A model generated the notes under the pieces. It saw nothing but the letters and a program-made list of their open reading frames with translations. It was not told the origin of the DNA and did not search any database. A program made the position numbers and the translations under genes. A DNA stretch of 62,192 bases, filler included, from an uncultured Planctomycetales bacterium (GTDB lineage Bacteria; Omnitrophota; Gorgyraeia; Gygaellales; Profunditerraquicolaceae), in assembly GCA_964487475.1 (NCBI GenBank). It is 4 parts of 4 records of this genome, joined end to end, with 100 filler letters (N's around TTAATTAATTAA, not from the genome) between each part and the next. Parts side by side here need not be neighbours in the genome. Positions count along the whole stretch, not along the records: positions 26,287 to 49,467 come from CAZAPM010000018.1; 3 more parts are not named here. One strand, given 5' to 3'. This document shows, piece by piece, positions 28,625 through 37,446 of the stretch. Positions within the stretch are counted from its first letter, which is position 1, and each line of letters starts with the position of its first letter.

Positions 28625-28869
28625 AATTAAAGCTTAACGTGTATCCGGTGATACCGGATATGGAAGAGAAGCTTGCCGAGATCATGCAGGAAGCGGTGGA
28701 GCACCGCGCAAAACTGCTGGAGATCGCCTACGGCCAGGCCGCCGAGACCGTAAAGAAACGCATCTTGAATTTTTTGAACAGGAAAGACATCCGCCCGCTC
28801 TATTCCCGCCTGGAAAAAACCGACAAAGGCTGGGGCAGGATCTACGTGCATTTCCGCTGGAACGATTAG
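28621..28869 (+). CDS. Stand-alone Smr/MutS-like domain protein with degenerate motifs
   Basis: Resembles short Smr proteins (KLKL..EAV..LEI..G..KKRIL.FL..GRIYVHFRW); DLH is replaced by NVY. Confidence 0.6.
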   Translation: MKLKLNVYPVIPDMEEKLAEIMQEAVEHRAKLLEIAYGQAAETVKKRILNFLNRKDIRPLYSRLEKTDKGWGRIYVHFRWND

Positions 28870-28955
28870 TCTTTCGTCGTCCTCTTCGACCCCCGCCCGT
28901 TTTTCATTGACTTACCCTTCCCGGGGAGTATGATTACAGTAAAGGCGAGGTGCAT

Positions 28956-29879
28956 ATGGCTGAGCAAGGGAAAACCAGGGAAGAAATGCTCGAGGAGATC
29001 CGGGTGCTGCGGCAGAAGGAAGCGTTGCTGCAGATCGTATTGGACAACCTTCCCATAGGTATTGCGCTGAATTCCGTCGATCCCGAAGTGCGTTTCGAGT
29101 ATATGAACGATAACTTCCCCGCGATCTATCGCACCACCCGGGAGAAGCTCGTTTCTCCGGACGCGTTTTGGGAAGCGGTCTACAGGGATAAGGAGTTCCG
29201 GGAGACGATAAGGAAGCGGGTGATGGAGGATATCGCCAGCGGCGTTCCCGAGCGCATGCAGTGGACGGATGTCCCGATCTCTTTGAAGGGCGAAGAGCCC
29301 GTGTTTATCTCCGCAAAGAACATCCCGGTCCCGGGAGCTCACCTGATGGTCTCGACCGTGCAGGATACCACGGAACGTAAGATAGCCGAAGACCGGATCA
29401 AGGCCTCCGAAGAGTATCTGGACAGGATCATCAACGTGCTTGGCGATCCGGTGTTCGTCAAGGACAGCCAGCACCGGTTCATCCTGGTCAACGACGCCGA
29501 ATGTGCGCTTGCGGGACGTTCGCGCGAAGAGATGCTCGGCAAGACCGATTATGATTTTTTCCCCAAGGAACAGGTGGACGTCTTCTGGGCAAAGGATGAA
29601 GCGCTCCTCATGACGGGCAAAGAGAATATCAACGAAGAGGAGATCACCGATGCCGAAGGCAATAAACGAACGATCGTGACGAAGAAGAACCTGTTCGTGG
29701 ACCGGCAGGGCAACCGGTTCATCGTCGGCATCATCCGGGATATCACCGAGCGTAAGCGGCTGGAGCTGGAGTCCCGGGAGCGACTGCGGGAGCTGGAGAT
29801 ATACTTCAAGGCCAGCATGGGCAGGGAAGAGCGGATCATCGAGCTGAAGCAGGAAGTGGACCGGCTGAAAAAACGCTAG
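28956..29879 (+). CDS. Two-PAS-domain protein with C-terminal coiled coil and no output domain
   Basis: PAS/PAC ends QDTTERK and RDITERK; ends GREERIIELKQEVDRLKKR. Confidence 0.85.
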   Translation: MAEQGKTREEMLEEIRVLRQKEALLQIVLDNLPIGIALNSVDPEVRFEYMNDNFPAIYRTTREKLVSPDAFWEAVYRDKEFRETIRKRVMEDIASGVPERMQWTDVPISLKGEEPVFISAKNIPVPGAHLMVSTVQDTTERKIAEDRIKASEEYLDRIINVLGDPVFVKDSQHRFILVNDAECALAGRSREEMLGKTDYDFFPKEQVDVFWAKDEALLMTGKENINEEEITDAEGNKRTIVTKKNLFVDRQGNRFIVGIIRDITERKRLELESRERLRELEIYFKASMGREERIIELKQEVDRLKKR

Positions 29880-29903
29880 AATACGTATAGACAGGGAAGG
29901 TAT

Positions 29904-31481
29904 ATGGCCGAAAAATCCGGGGTAAGGCCGAGAGTGCGCATCATCGTTCCGTGTTATCCCGCGTTCAACATCTATTCCCATATCGCGCACAAGACCACGG
30001 CATTGGGGCCGGTCTGCCTGGCCAGCGCCGCGCGCGAGGCAGGGGGATGGGATGTCGAGGTGATCGACGAGAACAACCTGCGCCGTCACGGCCCGAAGGG
30101 TGATCCCCTCGGGGCGGATCATGCGGTGCTTCAGCGGCAGAGGCCGGCGAAGGTGGTCGGGCTCTATGGCGGTTTGACCAGCACGATCCCCCGGCTCTAC
30201 GAGATCGCCGCGTTCTACAAGCACCGCGGAGCGATCGTAGTCGCCGGCGGGCAGCATTTCGTCGATGAGACCATTCCCGAAGCCCTGCGAAGCGGTATCG
30301 ATTATGTGGTGCTCGGGGAAGGCGAGGAGACTATCAAGGACCTCCTGAAAGTCGCGGAAGGGACGATGGATCCGGGAACGGTCAAGGGGATCGCGTTCCT
30401 GCGCGGGGGGCACGTGGTGCGTACCCCCTGCCGGCCGCCCATCACCGATTTCGATGCGCTGCCGCTGCCGGATTTTTCCCTGGTGCGTTACGCTAAGATC
30501 GACCTTTATCCCGTGGGCAGGATCCGCGGCTGCGGCATGGATTGCGAATTCTGCACGGTGAAGGGCAAGCCGCGGCCCGCCACTCCCGAGCGGCTGCTCG
30601 AGCAGATCAGCGTGCTGGTGGAGACCAGGGACGCCCGGGAGTTCTTTGTCGTGGACGATCTTTTCGGCCAGCAGCGCGAGGAAACGATACGTTTCTGCGG
30701 CATGCTCAAGGAGTATCAGCGGCGCCTGGGCAAAAGGCTCGGGCTTACTGTGCAGATCAGGCTGGATAAGGCGAAGGACCCGGGATTGCTCTCGGCGATG
30801 CGCCAGGCAGGGATCGATACGGTGGCGATCGGGTTCGAGTCTCCGGTGGAAGAGGAGCTCAAAGCGATGCATAAGCACCTCATGCCCGCGGACATGCTGG
30901 CGATGACAAAGGAATTCCATAAGTTCGGGTTCCTGGTGCACGGTATGTTCATATTCGGATACCCTGCGGAAAAGGGGGTGGCGTTCCGCATGTCCGCGGA
31001 CGAACGCATGGTCCGTTTCAAGCGTTTCATCCGCAAGGCGAAGATCGATACTATCCAGATACTGCTTCCCACGCCTTTGCCCGGAACGGAGCTGCGGGCG
31101 AGGCTTGCCGCGCAGAACAGAATCTATCCGGTCAACGATGTCGGCTGGGAGTATTACGACGGGAATTTCCCCCTCTTTGAGCCGGATCCTCCCATGACCG
31201 CAGAGGAGATGCAGCGCGCCATCCGGCAGATCATGGGCAAGTTCTACCAGTTCAAGTATATGTTCGTGGTGGGGCTGCACATCTTCTCCTTTCCCGCGAT
31301 GGTGTTCTTCCTGTACAATATCCGCACCGGATGGGGAAGGTGGTACCGCGCCTGGCGCAACACCCTGATCCGTTTCGGGGGGTGGATCATCATGAGGCGC
31401 TGGGCTTCGGAGTTCAAGAAAGACACGTTCATGGACCGGCTGCAGCAGGCAAAATCCCATTTGAGAAACCCGCACCAGTGA
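29904..31481 (+). CDS. B12-binding radical SAM enzyme
   Basis: N-terminal B12-binding region (IDEN, AGGQH, GEGE); RGCGMDCEFC; TPLPGT. Confidence 0.9.
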   Translation: MAEKSGVRPRVRIIVPCYPAFNIYSHIAHKTTALGPVCLASAAREAGGWDVEVIDENNLRRHGPKGDPLGADHAVLQRQRPAKVVGLYGGLTSTIPRLYEIAAFYKHRGAIVVAGGQHFVDETIPEALRSGIDYVVLGEGEETIKDLLKVAEGTMDPGTVKGIAFLRGGHVVRTPCRPPITDFDALPLPDFSLVRYAKIDLYPVGRIRGCGMDCEFCTVKGKPRPATPERLLEQISVLVETRDAREFFVVDDLFGQQREETIRFCGMLKEYQRRLGKRLGLTVQIRLDKAKDPGLLSAMRQAGIDTVAIGFESPVEEELKAMHKHLMPADMLAMTKEFHKFGFLVHGMFIFGYPAEKGVAFRMSADERMVRFKRFIRKAKIDTIQILLPTPLPGTELRARLAAQNRIYPVNDVGWEYYDGNFPLFEPDPPMTAEEMQRAIRQIMGKFYQFKYMFVVGLHIFSFPAMVFFLYNIRTGWGRWYRAWRNTLIRFGGWIIMRRWASEFKKDTFMDRLQQAKSHLRNPHQ

Positions 31482-33325
31482 GAAGACACCTTTTTTGTCT
31501 GTTTGCCGCGGGCCTGTTCCTGGCCGGCTGCGCACATCTTCCCCGGACACTTTCCGATGCACCGGCCGTACCACAGAAAGATATCCCGATATTGCTGTAC
31601 CATCATGTCGGAGTGCTTTCTCCTTCCGCCGGAGCTGCCCGCAGGCGCTGGACCGTTTCCCCGGAGCAGTTCGATGCACAGATGCGCTGGCTTTCCGAAC
31701 AGGGGTTCCATCCGGTATCATTAGCCCAGGTGCACCGCGTCCGTACGGAGGGAGCGCCGTTGCCTCCCCGGCCGGTAGTCATCACCTTTGACGACGGATG
31801 GAAGGACCAGTACCAGCAGGCGTTTCCCATACTTAAAAAGTACGGGTTCCCCGCCACGTTCTTCATCGTGACCAGGCAGATCGGCCATTCGGCGTATATG
31901 ACCTGGGAAGAGGTCGGCAGGATGTCGGATGAGGGAATGGATATCCAGGCGCATTCGCATACGCATGCCCGGCTTTCCGTGCTGCCTAAGGATGCGCTCC
32001 GCAGGGAACTGATCGAGTCGAAGCAGGAGCTGGAGCGCCGGCTGCGCAAGCCCGTGGTCGCGCTCGCCTATCCTTTCGGCAGTTACGGGGAGGAGGTGAT
32101 CGCATCGGCCCGGGAGGCGGGGTATGCCATGGGAGTGACGGTCAACGGTTTGAATGGCGGATATCTCTTCCGCGCCGACCGTACCTTCACGCTGCCGCGT
32201 TTTGCCGTCGAGGGCGGGGATACGCTGTATACGTTCGCCCGGTTCACGGGCATCCGCCGGCCGGCTTCTCCGGCGCTGTTCGTCTCCCTTATCGAGAGGC
32301 CTCCGGTGCTGGCCGACCGCAGGGCGATCGATGCGCTGATCGAATACTCCGCAGTCCACGGGATCGATACTCTTTTTGTGCAGGTCTACCGCGAGAACAA
32401 AGCCTGGTTTCCTTCGAAGACCGCCGATGCCGCACCCTTCGAAGAGTGCCTTCAGAGAGTGGGTGAGGATCCTTTCGCGCTGCTTATCCGTAAGGCCCAT
32501 GAGCAGGGGATCAGGGTGCATGCCTGGCTTAACCTGCTGAGCCTGGGCAGGAATCAGCAGGCGTTCATCCTGGGGAAGTTCGGCCCGGAGGTCCTGACGC
32601 GAAACACCCGGGATAAAAAGGAGCTTAAGGATTATCTGATCGATTCCCAGTATTTCCTGGAGCCGGGGGACCTGCGGGTGCGCCGGGAGCTGGAAAAGAT
32701 CCTCCGTGAACTGCTGGCCGCGTATCCGGAACTTGACGGCGTGCAGTTCGATTATATCCGGTATCCTGATACCGACCCGCATTACGGGCACACCCGGCAG
32801 AATACGGAGCGTTTCAGGAAAGCGGCGGGGGTAAGGTCTATCGATGAGGAGAGCCCGGCCTGGAAGGATTGGCGCAGGGCCCAGGTGACCGGGCTGCTGG
32901 AGTCCCTGACGGCAGCGGCGCGCGGGGCGCGGCCCGGGATCATTGTCTCCGCCACCGGGTGCATGCCGTATGCCCGCGCGTACCATGAAGCGTTCCAGGA
33001 CTGGCCCTCGTGGGTGAACCGTGGCACGGTGGATTTCGTGACCCTCATGGATTACTCTCCCGATCCGAAGCAGTTCGCGCGCTGGCTGGCGGCGATCAGG
33101 GGTAAAGTTGCCGACCTTTCCCGGATCAGGGTCGGGGTAGGCGCCTACAAGCTGGTGCGCGCGCCGGAGGCTTTTGCGCGGGAGGTTCGCAGCGTGAGGG
33201 AATTGGGGATGACCGCGGCGATATTCCATTACGGCAGCCTGCGGGAGGGGCCGCGCCTTAACGCGACCGTGTTCCGGGAGAATCGCGGCCGGATGAAAGG
33301 CCGCGTTCGTGCGGGTACGGAGTGA
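31478..33325 (+). CDS. Lipoprotein with a polysaccharide deacetylase (CE4) domain and a GHL10-like glycoside hydrolase domain
   Basis: Lipobox LAGC; LYHHV, ITFDDG, AHSHTH, AYPFG; then VHAWLN, DGVQFDYIRYP, QDW. Confidence 0.85.
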   Translation: MRRHLFCLFAAGLFLAGCAHLPRTLSDAPAVPQKDIPILLYHHVGVLSPSAGAARRRWTVSPEQFDAQMRWLSEQGFHPVSLAQVHRVRTEGAPLPPRPVVITFDDGWKDQYQQAFPILKKYGFPATFFIVTRQIGHSAYMTWEEVGRMSDEGMDIQAHSHTHARLSVLPKDALRRELIESKQELERRLRKPVVALAYPFGSYGEEVIASAREAGYAMGVTVNGLNGGYLFRADRTFTLPRFAVEGGDTLYTFARFTGIRRPASPALFVSLIERPPVLADRRAIDALIEYSAVHGIDTLFVQVYRENKAWFPSKTADAAPFEECLQRVGEDPFALLIRKAHEQGIRVHAWLNLLSLGRNQQAFILGKFGPEVLTRNTRDKKELKDYLIDSQYFLEPGDLRVRRELEKILRELLAAYPELDGVQFDYIRYPDTDPHYGHTRQNTERFRKAAGVRSIDEESPAWKDWRRAQVTGLLESLTAAARGARPGIIVSATGCMPYARAYHEAFQDWPSWVNRGTVDFVTLMDYSPDPKQFARWLAAIRGKVADLSRIRVGVGAYKLVRAPEAFAREVRSVRELGMTAAIFHYGSLREGPRLNATVFRENRGRMKGRVRAGTE

Positions 33326-33369
33326 AGGAATGAGTTGCTATTATCGGGCACGCGTTCTATAATGATTAG

Positions 33370-36300
33370 ATGTTAAGTATGCGTTCGAAATTCCCTATCG
33401 TCTGCGTCGGAGCATCGGCGGGCGGTCTGGAATCGTTGACCGCATTTTTCACCAGCCTGCCGAAGAACCTCCGGATGGCCTTTGTGCTCATCCAGCATCT
33501 GGAACCGCAGCACAAGAGCGCCCTTGCGGAGATACTCTCCCGGAAAACCCATATCAATATCCGCGAAGCCAGGAACAACCTGAAGGTGGAGCCCGGGCAT
33601 GTGTATGTCATTCCGCCGGCCTCCCTGCTGGCCGTGGCCCGGGGAAAACTTAAAGTTACCAAGCGTATCAGGCGTGCGGACGGCCGGTATCTGCCGGTGG
33701 ACCATTGCATGGTCTCTCTGGCGCAGGAGCGGGGAGCCGGGGCGATCGGCGTGATACTCTCCGGCACCGGTTCGGACGGCACGCTGGGGGCTAAAGCCAT
33801 CAGGGCCCGGGGCGGGATCGTGTTCGCGCAGAGCAAGGCCACCGCCGCCTATTTCGGGATGCCCTCCAGCGCCATCGAGGCCGATGCGGCGGATTTTGTC
33901 CTGGGGCCGCGGGAGATCGCCCGGAAGCTGGTGCGTATCGGCAGCAGGGAGTATGTCCGAGCCGCGGGCCGCCCGCCTGTGGTGAAGGCTGCGGAGGGCG
34001 TGCCGCTTTCCATCCTGCTGCTGCTGCGGGACCTCACCGGAGCGGATTGCCTCCATTATAAGCAGACCACCATTATCCGCCGCATCAAAAGAAGGATGAT
34101 GTTCCACTCCATCAAAAGCTACGAGGAGTACCGGCGGTATATCGAAAAGAACCCTTCGGAATCGAGCCTCCTGCTCAAGGATATCCTTATCTCCGTCACG
34201 GTGTTCTTCCGCGACCAGGAAGTGTTCGCCTCGCTGCGGAAGAGGGTCTTCCCGCAGCTGGCCGTCAAGCGCTCGGGAAAAGACCCGGTCCGGATCTGGG
34301 TGACGGCGTGTTCTTCGGGCGAGGAGGTGTATTCCCTGGCCATCGCGCTTTTTGAATATATGGAGGAAGCGAAGGCGCCTGTCCATATCCAGATCTTCGG
34401 TACGGATATCAGCGAGGTATTGATCAAAAAGGCGCGCGCGGGAGTGTTCGGCCCGGAAATCTCCGAGCATGTCTCTCCCGAGCGGCTGCGCCGCTTCTTT
34501 ACCCGTACGGAAACGGGTTTTAAGATCGCCAAGCATATACGCGACCTGTGCATATTCGCCAGGCACGATGTGCTCAACGATCCGCCTTTATCCAGTATGG
34601 ACCTGGTGAGCTGCCGCAACCTCCTGATCTATCTGGACGGGTTCCTGCAGCAAAAGGCGTTGTCCGTGCTGCATTATGCGCTTAGGCCGAAAGGCGTGCT
34701 GGTGCTGGGAAGCGCCGAATCCGTCACGGCGCTGCCGGGCTCCTTTTCCGTGCTCGATAACAAACATAAGCTCTTCGTTAAGAATGCGGTGACGCATAAG
34801 GCGGTCACCGCTGCGTTCCGGCCCATCCGCCGGGATTTCTCCAGGGAAAGATCAAAGGCAGAGGTGGATATGTCCAGGATCAAGGCGCAGTCAAAGAAGG
34901 AGAAGAAGGCCGGGAAGCATCCCGGAAAGCTCTCCGCGACCTCCAAGGAGTTTGCGCGTACGGTGGAGCGCCTCCATGCGCTCAGCGAAGAGAAGGATAC
35001 CTTCAACGAAGAGCTGAAGGCGGCCAACGAAGAGATCCAGTCCAGCAACGAAGAACTGCAGAGCATGAATGAGGAGCTCGAGACCTCCAAGGAGGAGCTC
35101 CAGTCCACCAATGAAGAGCTGCTTACCCTCAATGAGGAGATGCAGAACAAGAATGCAGAGCTGCTGCGCTTGAACAGCGACTTAAGCAACGTCTTCGCCA
35201 GCACCAACATCCCCATGATCATCGTGGGTAACGATATGTACATCAAGCGCTTTACCCCTACCGCGCGCAAGGTGATGAACCTGATCCCCTCGGACGTGGA
35301 CAGGCCGATCGGCGACATCAAGCTCAACATCAATATCGCCAACCTGGAGGAGACCATCCTGGGAGTGATCGAGGATATGGCCCCCCAGGAGATCGACGTG
35401 CAGGATAAGGAGGGGAAATGGTATTCGGTGCGCATCCGGCCCTACCGTACCCTGGATAACAAGATCGAGGGCGCGGTGATCACCATGATCGACATCAACG
35501 CCGTCAAACGCAGCCGGGAGGAGGTACAGCAGGCGCTCGACTATTCCCAGGCCATCATCGATACCATGAAGGAGCCGCTGGTGGTGCTGGATAAGGAGCT
35601 GCGCGTCATTTCGGCCAACAAGGCGTTCTATAAGACTTTCATGGTCCGGGTATCCGACGTCGAACATAAGCTTTTCTTCGGGATCGGGGATCAGCAGTGG
35701 GATAAGCCGGACCTGCGCAGGATGCTGGGGGAGCTGCTGCCGAAGAAGTCCCATTTCGATAATTTCGAGGTGTCCTTTGACTGCCCCAAGATCGGCAAGA
35801 AGGACATGCTCCTCAACGGCCGTCAGATCGAGCTGCAGGGGAAGGAAAGCCCGATGATCCTGATCGTCATGGAGGATATCACCGAGCGCAAGAAGGCGGA
35901 GGAGCTGGTGCGGCTGTCCCTGGAGGAGAAGGGTGTGCTTTTGAAGGAGCTCCACCACCGGGTCAAGAACAACCTGCAGATTATCTCCAGTTTGCTGCAG
36001 ATCAAGCTTTCCGCTTCCAAGGATAAGGCGATCACCGAGGTGTTCAAGCAGACCCAGGAGCGCATCAACGTGATGGCGCTGGCGCACCAGAAACTGTGCG
36101 AGTCGAAGGATTTCATGAGCATCGATATCTCCCGGTATGTGCAGGACCTGGTCAAGTGCCTGCTGGTGGCGTACGGGGTCGACCGGGAAAAGGTCTCCGT
36201 GGCGGTGGAAGCGGAAAAGGTATCCCTGAAGATCGACCAGGCGGTCCCCTGCGGTACGATCATCAATGAGCTGCTCACGAATGCGCTCAAGTATGCGTTC

Positions 36301-36540
36301 CCCGCAGGCAGGAAGGGAAAGATCGGGATCAGGATACGCACGGTCAATCCCCGTACCCTTGAGATCGTGGTGCAGGATAACGGGATCGGAATGCCCAGGG
36401 GTTTCAATCTCCACAAGACCGGCTCGATGGGATTGTCCTTCGTGGTCTCCACGGTCGAGAACCAGCTGGGGGGACGGATCGAACTGGGGAGGGCGGAAGG
36501 CGCCAAGTTCAAATGCACCTTTGCCATAGAGGGAGATTAG
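33370..36540 (+). CDS. CheB-CheR-PAS-HisKA_2 histidine kinase fusion
   Basis: GASAGG, QHL, GTGSDG; VTVFFRD, ACSSGEEVYS, SCRNLLIY; NEELQS coiled coil; ELHHRVKNNLQ; DNGIG. Confidence 0.93.
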   Translation: MLSMRSKFPIVCVGASAGGLESLTAFFTSLPKNLRMAFVLIQHLEPQHKSALAEILSRKTHINIREARNNLKVEPGHVYVIPPASLLAVARGKLKVTKRIRRADGRYLPVDHCMVSLAQERGAGAIGVILSGTGSDGTLGAKAIRARGGIVFAQSKATAAYFGMPSSAIEADAADFVLGPREIARKLVRIGSREYVRAAGRPPVVKAAEGVPLSILLLLRDLTGADCLHYKQTTIIRRIKRRMMFHSIKSYEEYRRYIEKNPSESSLLLKDILISVTVFFRDQEVFASLRKRVFPQLAVKRSGKDPVRIWVTACSSGEEVYSLAIALFEYMEEAKAPVHIQIFGTDISEVLIKKARAGVFGPEISEHVSPERLRRFFTRTETGFKIAKHIRDLCIFARHDVLNDPPLSSMDLVSCRNLLIYLDGFLQQKALSVLHYALRPKGVLVLGSAESVTALPGSFSVLDNKHKLFVKNAVTHKAVTAAFRPIRRDFSRERSKAEVDMSRIKAQSKKEKKAGKHPGKLSATSKEFARTVERLHALSEEKDTFNEELKAANEEIQSSNEELQSMNEELETSKEELQSTNEELLTLNEEMQNKNAELLRLNSDLSNVFASTNIPMIIVGNDMYIKRFTPTARKVMNLIPSDVDRPIGDIKLNINIANLEETILGVIEDMAPQEIDVQDKEGKWYSVRIRPYRTLDNKIEGAVITMIDINAVKRSREEVQQALDYSQAIIDTMKEPLVVLDKELRVISANKAFYKTFMVRVSDVEHKLFFGIGDQQWDKPDLRRMLGELLPKKSHFDNFEVSFDCPKIGKKDMLLNGRQIELQGKESPMILIVMEDITERKKAEELVRLSLEEKGVLLKELHHRVKNNLQIISSLLQIKLSASKDKAITEVFKQTQERINVMALAHQKLCESKDFMSIDISRYVQDLVKCLLVAYGVDREKVSVAVEAEKVSLKIDQAVPCGTIINELLTNALKYAFPAGRKGKIGIRIRTVNPRTLEIVVQDNGIGMPRGFNLHKTGSMGLSFVVSTVENQLGGRIELGRAEGAKFKCTFAIEGD

Positions 36541-36541
36541 C

Positions 36542-36907
36542 ATGGGGAAGTCGGTGCTGATAGTCGAGGATGAGACGCTCATCGCGCAAAGCCTGGAGCT
36601 TTGCCTGGCCGATGCCGGGTTCCGCGTCCTGAAGGGCATGGCATCCGGGAAAGACGCGATACGCGCGGCGAAAGCCGAGCGGCCCGATATCATCCTCATG
36701 GACGTCCGTTTAAGGGGCGCGATGAACGGGTTTGAGGCCATGGCGGAGATCCGCGCGCATTCGAAGGCCCCGGTGATCTTCCTGACCGGGGGAGACAGCC
36801 GGGAGGTCGAGGAGTACGCGAAAAGGACCGCGCCGAACGATTTTGTCATAAAGCCGTTCGATACGAACCTGCTGGTGCGGAAGATGAAGAAGCTCTTGGG
36901 CGATTGA
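36542..36907 (+). CDS. Single-domain response regulator
   Basis: IVEDE, ILMDV, FLTG, IKPF. Confidence 0.92.
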   Translation: MGKSVLIVEDETLIAQSLELCLADAGFRVLKGMASGKDAIRAAKAERPDIILMDVRLRGAMNGFEAMAEIRAHSKAPVIFLTGGDSREVEEYAKRTAPNDFVIKPFDTNLLVRKMKKLLGD

Positions 36908-36936
36908 GACGGGAGGCGGAATTCCGAAAATACACG

Positions 36937-36964
36937 TTGCATGTTCCCGGAAATGTGGTATACT
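36937..36964 (+). promoter_or_regulatory. sigma70 promoter of cold-shock gene 2
   Basis: TTGCAT-16 bp-TATACT with a TG extension. Confidence 0.7.
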
Positions 36965-36976
36965 GAATAGGTAACC

Positions 36977-37041
36977 AAAGATTAGAAAATCCAAAGCCGT
37001 AAAGGGGCACGACTACTAACCTTTACGGCTTTTTTCTTTTT
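36977..37041 (+). promoter_or_regulatory. Conserved leader motif with terminator-like hairpin, copy 2
   Basis: AAAGATTAGAAAATC, then AGCCGTAAAGG..AACCTTTACGGCT, then a T-tract. Confidence 0.7.
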
Positions 37042-37070
37042 GTAGTCATACGGGAACAAAGGAGATAACG

Positions 37071-37277
37071 ATGCATACGGGAAAGATCAAGAAGGTCGTG
37101 AGCGATAGAGGGTTCGGGTTCATCAGCGATACCGACGGCAGGGAGCTGTTCTTCCACCAGTCCGGCCTGATCGACGTCAAGATGGACGCCTTGCACGAGG
37201 ACCTGAAGGTGGAATTCGATGTCGAGCAGTCCCCGAAGGGACCCCGCGCGATCAACATCAAGGTAGTCCCCGCCTAA
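37071..37277 (+). CDS. Cold-shock domain protein
   Basis: GKIKK, RGFGFI, LFFHQS, KGPRA. Confidence 0.93.
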   Translation: MHTGKIKKVVSDRGFGFISDTDGRELFFHQSGLIDVKMDALHEDLKVEFDVEQSPKGPRAINIKVVPA

Positions 37278-37289
37278 CGGGAAGGATGG

Positions 37290-37433
37290 ATCGCCATCAA
37301 AAAGGTAAAGACTTCGCCTAAGGGCAGGAAGTGTAAAACGCCCGGTTGTAAGCAGATATTGAGCATCTACAACCACGAGGGGTACTGTCACGTGCATTTG
37401 CGCTGTGCGGTAAAGAATAACAAGAAGAGCTAG
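37290..37433 (+). CDS. Small basic C-x4-C...C-x2-H zinc-finger ORF with no canonical start codon
   Basis: IAIKKVKTSPKGRKCKTPGCKQILSIYNHEGYCHVHLRCAVKNNKKS*; fills the csp-helicase gap; GGAAGGA upstream. Confidence 0.55.
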   Translation: MAIKKVKTSPKGRKCKTPGCKQILSIYNHEGYCHVHLRCAVKNNKKS

Positions 37434-37446
37434 GAGCGGTACAGAG

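Noticed and set aside
28866..31721. Long antisense ORFs (951 aa here; also 39955-42360, 35182-36978, 49516-51735, 19604-20980)
   Set aside because: Shadow frames opposite well-supported genes, expected from high-GC codon bias; no motifs
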